A stretch of DNA of 45,170 bases from positions 1-45,170 of IMG/VR virus record IMGVR_UViG_3300010218_000015. One strand, given 5' to 3'. The notes beneath the pieces were generated by a model that did no database searches, had not been told where the DNA came from, and was given only the letters and a program-made list of their open reading frames with translations. Position numbers and translations under genes: made by a program. Shown here in pieces: positions 35,355 through 41,982 of the stretch (within the stretch, counting starts at the first letter, position 1; each line of letters starts with the position of its first letter). Source of the DNA: a virus.

Positions 35355-35774
35355 CTACCGCGCAGAAGGGTTCAGTATCCAGCCGCCGCTCTGAATGGCT
35401 CGCAAGCATCGACGCACATCATCGTCAGACGCGATCCTAGAGGCAGGGCACGAAGTGCGCACGAATCGAGCGCATTGCGCCCAGCTCAGGTAGTCCGTGG
35501 AAGCCCTGAAGCCAACCGTATTCTGGCAAGCCGCCCAGAATTCGATTCGGATCTCAGGATCCCCGCGAAGGCGGGATAGCTCCTCGAAGCCACGGTGGTT
35601 GTCCTTCTTGCAAGCCTCGCCAACCTTCTTATTGCCAGCCGAGAAAGCCAAGTCATCGCAACGACTGTCGGCAAGCTCGAGGGCTTTTGGGTGCGGCATT
35701 GGTAGCAGATCGCTATTTTGCGCGACTGCAGCTCCGGCAAATGCCAGAATGAGTGATGCGAGAAGGCGGTTCAT
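35355..35774 (-). CDS. Secreted Cys-rich hypothetical protein co-transcribed with the repressor
   Basis: A 139-aa ORF with signal peptide MNRLLASLILAFAGAAVA/QN and 6 Cys residues. It starts 4 nt after the cI stop and has a terminator immediately downstream. Confidence 0.7.
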   Translation of the reverse strand: MNRLLASLILAFAGAAVAQNSDLLPMPHPKALELADSRCDDLAFSAGNKKVGEACKKDNHRGFEELSRLRGDPEIRIEFWAACQNTVGFRASTDYLSWAQCARFVRTSCPASRIASDDDVRRCLRAIQSGGWILNPSAR

Positions 35775-35778
35775 ATAG

Positions 35779-36663
35779 TTAGAAGTCCCCCATTCCGGAC
35801 CGGTATTTCACCCTGCCGACGATGTCTATGTGCTCGAGTTGGTCAGGTTGAACAACCAGCGACTTGTACTTCGGATTGTCGCTGACAATGTCTATCGAGC
35901 CGTCAGGCAGCTTGAATAGGCGCTTCACCAGCATCTCCCCGGCATAGACGATGGCAAACACTCCGCCGCTAGCGGGAATACGCCGATCAGCCCTGTCCAC
36001 TACCACCGTGTCATCGTTGAACAGGCGTGGCTCCATGCTGTCTCCGCGCACTTTTACCGCCACCAGATTCTTTGGGCTTGCATCAAGGCGTCGAATGTAG
36101 TCGGCTTGAAAGGGCAGAGGCTCTTTTTCTTCGATGTGCCAAGTCTCGCGTCCATTTCCAGCCGAGAGAGCCACGTCCACATGGGTGATCAACACAGTTG
36201 TCTCTGGTGGAAGTTCTTCCAAGGTGTTGTAGACCGCAATTGGCCGGGCAGGGAATCCCCTGCTCTCGGCAATGGCACGCAGTTCTGACTTATCCAAGTG
36301 CGCAAACAGGTTCGCCTCCTGGATTTGCTCCTGAACCCATTCTTCGGCGGCTTCCGGCGTGTTCAGGTGCCTGAGCTGTAGCGGCTTGGAGATGGCTTTC
36401 ATCTCTGCGGCCAGTGATGGGCTGATGTCCTCGGGCTCACATCCAAGCAACGTGCAGAACTTGGCTAGCGTCTTCACATTCAAGGGGATGCGCCCCTGCA
36501 GATACTGGCTCAATGCGCTCTGGCCAAATTCAAGACGGGAAGCGGCCTCTGCCTGTGAGGAGGGCAGCCTCCGATCTTTCTGATCCTGTTGCCATGCCTT
36601 GAAACGCGCATGCAAGCGCTCGGCATCGGCCTTCTGTTCCGGGGTTAGGGGCTGGGCTGGCAT
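35779..36663 (-). CDS. cI: cI-type prophage repressor (XRE HTH + S24 LexA-like autopeptidase domain)
   Basis: The HTH is SQAEAASRLEFGQSALSQYLQGRIPLN. A candidate Ala-Gly cleavage site lies in ALSAGNG. The catalytic Ser is in VRGDSMEP and the Lys in LVKRL. Confidence 0.85.
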   Translation of the reverse strand: MPAQPLTPEQKADAERLHARFKAWQQDQKDRRLPSSQAEAASRLEFGQSALSQYLQGRIPLNVKTLAKFCTLLGCEPEDISPSLAAEMKAISKPLQLRHLNTPEAAEEWVQEQIQEANLFAHLDKSELRAIAESRGFPARPIAVYNTLEELPPETTVLITHVDVALSAGNGRETWHIEEKEPLPFQADYIRRLDASPKNLVAVKVRGDSMEPRLFNDDTVVVDRADRRIPASGGVFAIVYAGEMLVKRLFKLPDGSIDIVSDNPKYKSLVVQPDQLEHIDIVGRVKYRSGMGDF

Positions 36664-36678
36664 GCGCGAAAGATATTA

Positions 36679-36707
36679 GTAATAGTGATGGCGCGCAAAC
36701 AGTCCAA
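36679..36707 (-). promoter_or_regulatory. PRM-like promoter for the repressor (TTGGAC-17 nt-TATTAC)
   Basis: On the minus strand the -35 is at 36707-36702 and the -10 at 36684-36679. The predicted start is only about 9 nt upstream of the cI ATG and no SD is present. Confidence 0.5.
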
Positions 36708-36737
36708 CTGTTGACTTTAGCTAGCAGTCCGACTAAT
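36698..36737. promoter_or_regulatory. OR-like operators: AGCAGTCCGACTAAT (36723-36737) and a degenerate AACAGTCCAACTGTT (36698-36712)
   Basis: They share the AGTC-N-GACT core with the PL operators. The centres are 25 bp apart. The sites overlap both -35 hexamers and the PR -10. Confidence 0.6.
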
Positions 36738-36739
36738 AT
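36711..36739 (+). promoter_or_regulatory. PR-like early rightward promoter (TTGACT-17 nt-TAATAT)
   Basis: The -35 is at 36711-36716 and the -10 at 36734-36739. The spacer/-10 sequence cagtccgacTAATAT is nearly identical to that of PL (cagtcggacTAATAT). Confidence 0.7.
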
Positions 36740-36746
36740 GCATTGC

Positions 36747-36977
36747 ATGAACGGACTGATTGAACTTCGCAAGCGCCTGCGCCTGTCGCAGGCCGAACTG
36801 GGGGCCGGTATCGGGCTGGGCCAGTCGGCCATCTCGCAATGTGAGCGGGGCGGTTGCCTCCTGTCGCCCGAGTCGGCCAAGAGGTTGATCGAGTTCGCAA
36901 AGGCTCGTGGTGTCACTACGAGTCTGGACGAGATCTACAGCGATGACGGTCCCTCCAACCCGAGAGGGAAGGGCTAG
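36747..36977 (+). CDS. cro: Cro-like XRE-family HTH regulator
   Basis: MNGLIELRKRLRLSQAELGAGIGLGQSAISQCERGG. The ATG at 36747 lies 8 nt after the -10, so the mRNA is probably leaderless. An alternative ATG is at 36738; the track start is 36711. Confidence 0.7.
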   Translation: MNGLIELRKRLRLSQAELGAGIGLGQSAISQCERGGCLLSPESAKRLIEFAKARGVTTSLDEIYSDDGPSNPRGKG

Positions 36978-36992
36978 GCGGCCGAGGTTCAA

Positions 36993-37024
36993 AGGGTTCT
37001 CCATGCGGAGAACTCTATTTTTTT
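36993..37024 (+). terminator. Rho-independent terminator between the cro-like and cII-like genes (tR1-like)
   Basis: Stem agggttctcc/ggagaactct (one G-U pair) with loop atgc, then aTTTTTTT. Confidence 0.7.
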
Positions 37025-37075
37025 GCCGGTTTGGTGTCTCTACAAAGCAGTACAAAAAAATTGGAGAGGGTGGGA

Positions 37076-37468
37076 ATGTCCCAAGACGCGCTGTTCTACG
37101 AGTCGATTAACGACGCGCTCGATGCGGTCGTCAAAGCCTGTGGCGGCGCCAAGGTGGTGGCCACGAAACTGTGGCCGGAGAAGACGCCCGACGCCGCGCA
37201 CCGGCTGCTGCTGGCGTGCCTCAACGAGTCTCGCGTTGAGAAGCTCTCTCCGGAGCAGACCCTTTTCCTCCTGAAACTTGGCCGTGAGCGCAACTGCCAC
37301 GCGGCCATGAATTACCTCGCGCGCGACTGCGGCTATGCCGATCCGACGCCGATCGAGCCGGAGGACGAGCGTGCGCGCCTGCAACGCGAGTTCATCGAAG
37401 CACAAAAGGCAATGCAAGCACTTGCCAGCCGCATGGAGCGGGCAGGGCTGATTCGTTCTGTGGCTTAA
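37076..37468 (+). CDS. Putative cII-like regulatory protein (Phage_CP76-like)
   Basis: The start is MSQDALFYESINDALDAVVKACGGAKVVATKLW, after GGAGAGGGTGGGA. The position after cro fits cII. The family assignment is tentative. Confidence 0.4.
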   Translation: MSQDALFYESINDALDAVVKACGGAKVVATKLWPEKTPDAAHRLLLACLNESRVEKLSPEQTLFLLKLGRERNCHAAMNYLARDCGYADPTPIEPEDERARLQREFIEAQKAMQALASRMERAGLIRSVA

Positions 37469-37481
37469 CCGAGGGGTAGCC

Positions 37482-37778
37482 ATGTCTCTGACCAACGTTG
37501 CTGAAACCAGCATCGATGCATATCACTCGCGCAGGCGTCGAATGCTCGGCCAAGCGCAATGCGACCGCATCGTCGAATACGTCGAGCGCGCCGGCACGGC
37601 CACGATCGCGGAGATCGCCAAGGCGCTGCACATGGAGAAATCCAGCGTGTCCGGCCGCCGCAACGAACTGATCGCCGCGGGCCGCCTGGTGCTCGGTGGG
37701 CGCCGTCAGTGCGGGGTGACAGGCCGCAGCGTGCAAAGCGTGAAGCTGCCGCAGAAGCAGGGGTCGCTCTTCCAGTGA
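37482..37778 (+). CDS. Winged-helix DNA-binding protein
   Basis: A 98-aa ORF with RBS GAGGGG. It contains DRIVEYVERAGTATIAEIAKALHMEKSSVSGRRNELIAAGRLV (MarR/wHTH-like). Confidence 0.6.
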   Translation: MSLTNVAETSIDAYHSRRRRMLGQAQCDRIVEYVERAGTATIAEIAKALHMEKSSVSGRRNELIAAGRLVLGGRRQCGVTGRSVQSVKLPQKQGSLFQ

Positions 37779-37789
37779 GCACCATCATC

Positions 37790-38611
37790 ATGTCCCTCTG
37801 CTGGCCGTTGCAGATGCCTCCCACGCCGAAGGCAGTGCTGATCTCGCTTGCCGACAACGCGAACGATCAAGGCGTGTGCTGGCCATCAATCCCGACGATC
37901 TGTAAGCGGACATGCTTCTCTGAGCGCGCTGTTCGCGATGCCATCAAGTGGCTGGAAGAGGCGCGTGCACTGCGCGCCGATCGCTCTACTGGGCGCAGTA
38001 CGAGTTACACCGTCACGCCTGGCGACTATGACGAGGCCGCCGCCCACCCCGGCAGCACGTGCCGGGGTACCCCGGCAGCAGACGCCACCCCGGCAAATGG
38101 CGCACCCCGGCAGCAGATGCCGGGGACCCCGGCAGGAGGTGCCGCACCACCCCGGCAGGAGGTGCCGGAACCCCGGCAGGAGGTGCCGCCTAACCGTAAA
38201 GAACCGTCATCTGAACCGTCAGGGAACCGCAAAAAGAAAGCGAGTGCCGACGACGTTCTCGGTATCGATGAGTTGGTCGCTGAAGGCGTTGATGCCCAGC
38301 ACGCGAAGGATTGGCTCACTGCTCGCAAAGCGAAACGCCTTCCGCTCACCCCCAGCGCTTGGTCAATGACCAAGGACGAAGCCGCCGCCGCAGGTCTCAC
38401 TCCGGCGCAAGCGGTCGCAGCAGCTATCCGCCACGGATGGGCGGGGTTCAAGGCCGAATGGTGGCGGCGAACGCAACCCGCAACCACTGCGCCACGAGCG
38501 GGACCGCCGCAGAAATTTGACCCAGTTGCCTACGTGAACCGAAATCGCCAGAGCCCAAGCAATGACCGACCTGACAACATCATCGACGTGGAAGCAAAGC
38601 CAGTGGCTTGA
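37790..38611 (+). CDS. Replication initiator (lambda O-analogous; N-terminal wHTH, iteron-encoded linker, C-terminal domain)
   Basis: MSLCWPLQMPPTPKAVLISLADNANDQGVCWPSIPTICKRTCFSERAVRDAIKWLEE is an HTH_36-like domain. The internal Pro/Gly/Ala linker is encoded by the iteron array. An alternative GTG start is at 37775. Confidence 0.65.
   Translation: MSLCWPLQMPPTPKAVLISLADNANDQGVCWPSIPTICKRTCFSERAVRDAIKWLEEARALRADRSTGRSTSYTVTPGDYDEAAAHPGSTCRGTPAADATPANGAPRQQMPGTPAGGAAPPRQEVPEPRQEVPPNRKEPSSEPSGNRKKKASADDVLGIDELVAEGVDAQHAKDWLTARKAKRLPLTPSAWSMTKDEAAAAGLTPAQAVAAAIRHGWAGFKAEWWRRTQPATTAPRAGPPQKFDPVAYVNRNRQSPSNDRPDNIIDVEAKPVA
38047..38178. repeat. Seven iterons with core CCCCGGCA(G) (candidate origin of replication inside the initiator gene)
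   Basis: The cores start at 38047, 38070, 38088, 38105, 38127, 38150 and 38171, spaced 17-23 bp apart. Several have an inverted partner TGCCGGGG 5 nt downstream. They are followed by a relatively AT-rich stretch with 3x GAACCG(T) at 38192-38231. Confidence 0.7.
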
Positions 38612-39287
38612 GCCGCATCCGGCGCTGGGCATTTCGCTGATGGACCACTTGTTCAACCGCCTGGATGGCGCGTATCCGAACCGCTGGCGCGCGTCGTTCG
38701 TGAACGAACAGGCAATTGCCAACTGGCGCGAATCGTGGGCAGAGACGTTTTACGAAGAGGGGTTGACGCCCGACCACATCAAGGCCGGGCTGCGGGCATG
38801 CCGAGCACGCTACGACTGGCCGCCATCGGTTGCCGAGTTCGTGAAGGCCTGCCGGCCGTCGATGAACTATGACGCAGCCCTGTACGAGGCAACGCAGCAA
38901 CTGCGCCTGCGCGCTGAAGGGCGCGATCAGTGGAGCAGCCCGGCGATCTACTGGGCGGCCATCAAGGTCGGCGAGTTCGACATGCTGAACCTGTCGCACG
39001 GTGTCCTGATCAAGCGCTTCTCTACTGCCTTGGACGAAGTGATGCGCGACGACGTGCATCCGGTGCCGCCGCGGGCCGTCGCTTTGCCGGCGCCTGGCCG
39101 TGGCCGGGCAAATCCTGAAGCGGTCCGCCAGGCTGTCGAGAAGGTGCACGCGATCCAGCAGGTGCCGGGTAACAAGGATTGGGCGAAGGTCATTCTGGAC
39201 CGCATCAAGCGCGGCGAGAAGGTGCCCATCGCCTGCCACGACATGGCCAAGCGTGCGCTGGGCCTGACCGATCCGGTGGCCGCATGA
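38562..39287 (+). CDS. Lambda P-like replication protein (helicase loader)
   Basis: ...WRESWAETFYEEGLTPDHIKAGLRACRARYDWPPSVAEFVKACRP parallels the lambda P region ...WVLAFRENGITT...PSPGQFVAWCRE. The start is uncertain (38562 overlaps the initiator gene by 50 nt; alternative 38640). Confidence 0.55.
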   Translation: MTDLTTSSTWKQSQWLEPHPALGISLMDHLFNRLDGAYPNRWRASFVNEQAIANWRESWAETFYEEGLTPDHIKAGLRACRARYDWPPSVAEFVKACRPSMNYDAALYEATQQLRLRAEGRDQWSSPAIYWAAIKVGEFDMLNLSHGVLIKRFSTALDEVMRDDVHPVPPRAVALPAPGRGRANPEAVRQAVEKVHAIQQVPGNKDWAKVILDRIKRGEKVPIACHDMAKRALGLTDPVAA

Positions 39288-39601
39288 GCGTCGGTGAGGA
39301 AACCTTCGCGCTGCACCTCCGGGCCGCTGGCATTGAGGGCTTCGAACGGGAACACCGCTTTGCGCCGCCGCGCCGTTGGCGCATGGACTTCGCCGACCCG
39401 GCCCGAAAGATCGCGGTTGAGATCGAGGGCGGAACCTGGGCAGGCGGTCGGCACACGCGCGGCTCGGGCTTCGCCGCCGACTGTGAGAAGTACTCCACGG
39501 CCGCCGTAATGGGATGGCGCGTCCTGCGCTTCACGACGGATCAGGTCAAGAACGGAATGGCGCTGCGGATGCTGCGCCAGGCGATTGAGGGGGCGGCATG
39601 A
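39284..39601 (+). CDS. Restriction-endonuclease-fold (PD-(D/E)XK; DUF559/Vsr-like) protein
   Basis: The start is MSVGEETFALHLRAAGIEGFEREHRF. It contains RWRMDFADPARKIAVEIEGG...MGWRVLRFTTDQV (a D...ExE core). It has ATGA overlaps at both ends. Confidence 0.5.
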   Translation: MSVGEETFALHLRAAGIEGFEREHRFAPPRRWRMDFADPARKIAVEIEGGTWAGGRHTRGSGFAADCEKYSTAAVMGWRVLRFTTDQVKNGMALRMLRQAIEGAA

Positions 39602-39810
39602 CAGACGTTCGCTGTGTGGACTGCAGCAAGTTCTCGCTGCAACTGGACCCGACGGCAGCGGTGTACGGGCGCGGCAAGTGCGCCGAGGAAAAGCTCCCGT
39701 CGGTGCGCTACGTGGCATTGCTCAAGAAGCAGTGCAAGCAGTTCGCGCCGGCGATCGAGCAGGTCGCCGATGCGCGTGTGGAGTGGCTGAAGAAGAAGGG
39801 GATCGTGTGA
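39598..39810 (+). CDS. Small Cys-containing hypothetical protein
   Basis: A 70-aa ORF, MTDVRCVDCSKFSLQLDPTAAVYGRGKCAEEK...QCKQF (CxxC plus 2 Cys). It is translationally coupled on both sides. Confidence 0.55.
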   Translation: MTDVRCVDCSKFSLQLDPTAAVYGRGKCAEEKLPSVRYVALLKKQCKQFAPAIEQVADARVEWLKKKGIV

Positions 39811-39923
39811 TGGACGCAGAAAAGGGTACGTGGAACGGCTACTGCTGCCTTTGTGGTGGCTTCGGTCACCGGGCGGATAACTGCCGGTGGAATCGTGTTC
39901 GTCTGGCGCGGGTGGCGGCATGA
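39810..39923 (+). CDS. 37-aa CCHC zinc-knuckle micro-protein
   Basis: MDAEKGTWNGYCCLCGGFGHRADNCRWNRVRLARVAA contains CX2CX4HX4C. It has a TGATG junction with the upstream gene and an ATGA junction with the downstream gene. Confidence 0.5.
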   Translation: MDAEKGTWNGYCCLCGGFGHRADNCRWNRVRLARVAA

Positions 39924-40774
39924 AGTGGGGCCACAACGAACTCGCCAACGATTTGGCCGAGCACCTGCGTGGATCCAGTGATCGCCTGGTGTGGACTGAT
40001 ATGCAGCTCGGCCCTTCGGGCTCGCCGCGCCCGGACGTCTACACGGTGCCGTGCACCTACTCGCGGTTCATGCCTGTGGCCTACGAGTGCAAAGTCAGCG
40101 TGGCCGACTTCCGTCGCGACATCACGGCCGGCAAGTGGACGTCGTACCTCCAGTTTGCGGCGGGCGTCATGTTCTGTGTGCCGGCCGGCTTGGTTACAAA
40201 AAACGACATTCCTGAAGGATGCGGGCTGATGGTTCGTCACGAGAGCGTATGGCGTACGGTGAAGGGGCCCACCATGCGCCCCATCGACAACCTTCCGCGG
40301 GATGCCTGGATCAAGCTAGTGCTGGATGGTGGCCGGCGGGCGTCTGCCGAGCGCATCGCCCGTGGCATCAACGAATGGACGCTGGAGGCCAGCATCCGCA
40401 AGAAGCTCGGCGACACCGTGGGCAATCTGCTGCGCTCGCGTCGCGACGCCGAGCGGCAATTCGAGTACCAGACTGAAAAGCTCAAGGCCGCCGCTGAAGA
40501 TGCTCACAAGCTGTATCAGGAGCAGATGGCGAAAGCGCGCGCGCGCGTTGATGAGGAGATTTCTCACCTGAGCACCGAGCGTCGTGAATTGGCGTTGGCA
40601 CTCGGGTTGCCGGAGACCGCTTCCACCCACCTAATCGTGCGTCGTTGCTGGGACGTCCGTAGAGCTTTGGACCGAGATTCCGAGATCGAGCGGCTCACCA
40701 ATCAGCTTGAGACGATCCGCCACGCACTCGAAACCGCAAGCAAGCCATTCGCCATCCAACCGGAGGTGGCATGA
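39920..40774 (+). CDS. MmcB-like PD-(D/E)XK nuclease domain fused to a C-terminal coiled coil
   Basis: The start is MKWGHNELANDLAEHL. It contains RPDVYTV...AYECKVSVADFRRDITAGKWTSYLQFAAGVMFCVPAGLV (a D...ExK core). The C-terminal ~120 aa are heptad-like. Confidence 0.5.
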   Translation: MKWGHNELANDLAEHLRGSSDRLVWTDMQLGPSGSPRPDVYTVPCTYSRFMPVAYECKVSVADFRRDITAGKWTSYLQFAAGVMFCVPAGLVTKNDIPEGCGLMVRHESVWRTVKGPTMRPIDNLPRDAWIKLVLDGGRRASAERIARGINEWTLEASIRKKLGDTVGNLLRSRRDAERQFEYQTEKLKAAAEDAHKLYQEQMAKARARVDEEISHLSTERRELALALGLPETASTHLIVRRCWDVRRALDRDSEIERLTNQLETIRHALETASKPFAIQPEVA

Positions 40775-41181
40775 GGAAAAGGTCGAACTACCGCCCGCGC
40801 GCTTGCGGCTTGCCGTTGGTGTTCGGTCTGTCGCAGTCGATGAAGAACGACCTGCAACTGACGCCGCTGGGCACGCTGGAGGGCTTCAAGGAAGGCACCG
40901 GCACCGAGAAGGGCGCGCACACGCTGGCCGCTGCGGTGAATCTCGCCGCCGTCCTGTCGCGCGAGCTGACCGACCACGAGAAGCGCATCGCTGCCGAGGG
41001 TATGGAGGCCGTGCGCGGAATCTTCCGCCGCGGCAACGCCGCCGGCAAGTGGGGTTGCTCGGGCGATGAGTACCGCGCGATCGGCGCGGCGCTCGCACTG
41101 GGCGCCGAATTGGCCGACTCGAGCAGCCGGCGCACCGTAGCCGCCGCCATCAAAACTGTGTTTCAGGAGGCTGGACGATGA
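40771..41181 (+). CDS. Hypothetical protein
   Basis: A 136-aa ORF with ATGA overlaps at both ends. Confidence 0.55.
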   Translation: MRKRSNYRPRACGLPLVFGLSQSMKNDLQLTPLGTLEGFKEGTGTEKGAHTLAAAVNLAAVLSRELTDHEKRIAAEGMEAVRGIFRRGNAAGKWGCSGDEYRAIGAALALGAELADSSSRRTVAAAIKTVFQEAGR

Positions 41182-41699
41182 GCGAAATCGTACTGGTACG
41201 TCAGCCGGGCGCGCAGATTCCCGAGGCAGATGCTGAGGCCGTGCGCCGCGTGCTGTTCGGCACCGTCGATGGGCTGGGCGAGAAGGGCAAGAAGCAGTGG
41301 CGACGCTTCTGGAACACCGTCATGCGCATGGAGCCGGGCGAGACGATCGAGGTCATCACCCACAAGGAGCGCAGCGGCCCGTTTCATCGCTACCACATGG
41401 CGCTCGAGCAGCGCGTCTTTGAGGCGCAGGAGCGCATCGGCGATTTTGAGCAGTTCCGCCTGTGGCTGAAACTGGGCGCCGGGCACGTCGACTGGATGCC
41501 GGGCCCCAAGGGCGGCGTCTTCCCGGTGCCGAAGTCGATTTCGTACGCAAAGTTGGAAGACCACGAGATGCGGGACTTCCACGAGGCGGCGGTTGCCTTC
41601 CTGCGCACGGGCCACGCCCAGCGGTACCTGTGGCCGGCTCTGCCAGCAGCTGCGGCCGAGCAGGCGGTCGAATCGGTTCTGCGGAGTTTCGAGCGATGA
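41178..41699 (+). CDS. DUF1367-like phage protein
   Basis: A 173-aa ORF. LVRQPGAQIPEADAE..., FHRYHMALEQ, FRLWLKLGAGHVDW and PKSISYAKLEDHEMRDF resemble DUF1367 proteins of lambdoid nin regions. Confidence 0.45.
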   Translation: MSEIVLVRQPGAQIPEADAEAVRRVLFGTVDGLGEKGKKQWRRFWNTVMRMEPGETIEVITHKERSGPFHRYHMALEQRVFEAQERIGDFEQFRLWLKLGAGHVDWMPGPKGGVFPVPKSISYAKLEDHEMRDFHEAAVAFLRTGHAQRYLWPALPAAAAEQAVESVLRSFER

Positions 41700-41971
41700 C
41701 CCGCGCCGAGGGCGAATACCTGGGCCGAGTCGCCGCTCTGGGGTGCATTTTGTGCCGCCGGCTTGGATACGGCGAGACGCCGGCCGAGATCCACCACGTG
41801 CGAGAGGGGCAGGGCATGGCGCAGCGCGCAGAGAACTGGCTCGCAGTGCCGCTTTGCCCGGAGCACCACCGCGGCAAGACGGGAATCCACGGAAACCGCA
41901 TGGCGCTGAAACAGGTGAAGGCAGACGAGGTCGATCTGCTGGCCTGGACGATTGAAGAACTGAACAGCTGA
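41696..41971 (+). CDS. Ref-like HNH nuclease (recombination enhancement function family-like)
   Basis: The start MTRAEGEYLGRVAALGCILCRRLGYGETPAEIHHVREGQGMAQRAENWLAVPLCPEHHRG carries the CxxC...HH...CxxHH motif. ATGA overlap with the upstream gene. Confidence 0.55.
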   Translation: MTRAEGEYLGRVAALGCILCRRLGYGETPAEIHHVREGQGMAQRAENWLAVPLCPEHHRGKTGIHGNRMALKQVKADEVDLLAWTIEELNS

Positions 41972-41982
41972 GGGAGCGGGGA

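Noticed and set aside
38047-38178. A CRISPR-like array
   Set aside because: The repeats have only 8-10-bp cores with irregular 17-23-bp spacing. They lie inside a protein-coding gene and there are no cas genes. An iteron/origin interpretation fits better.
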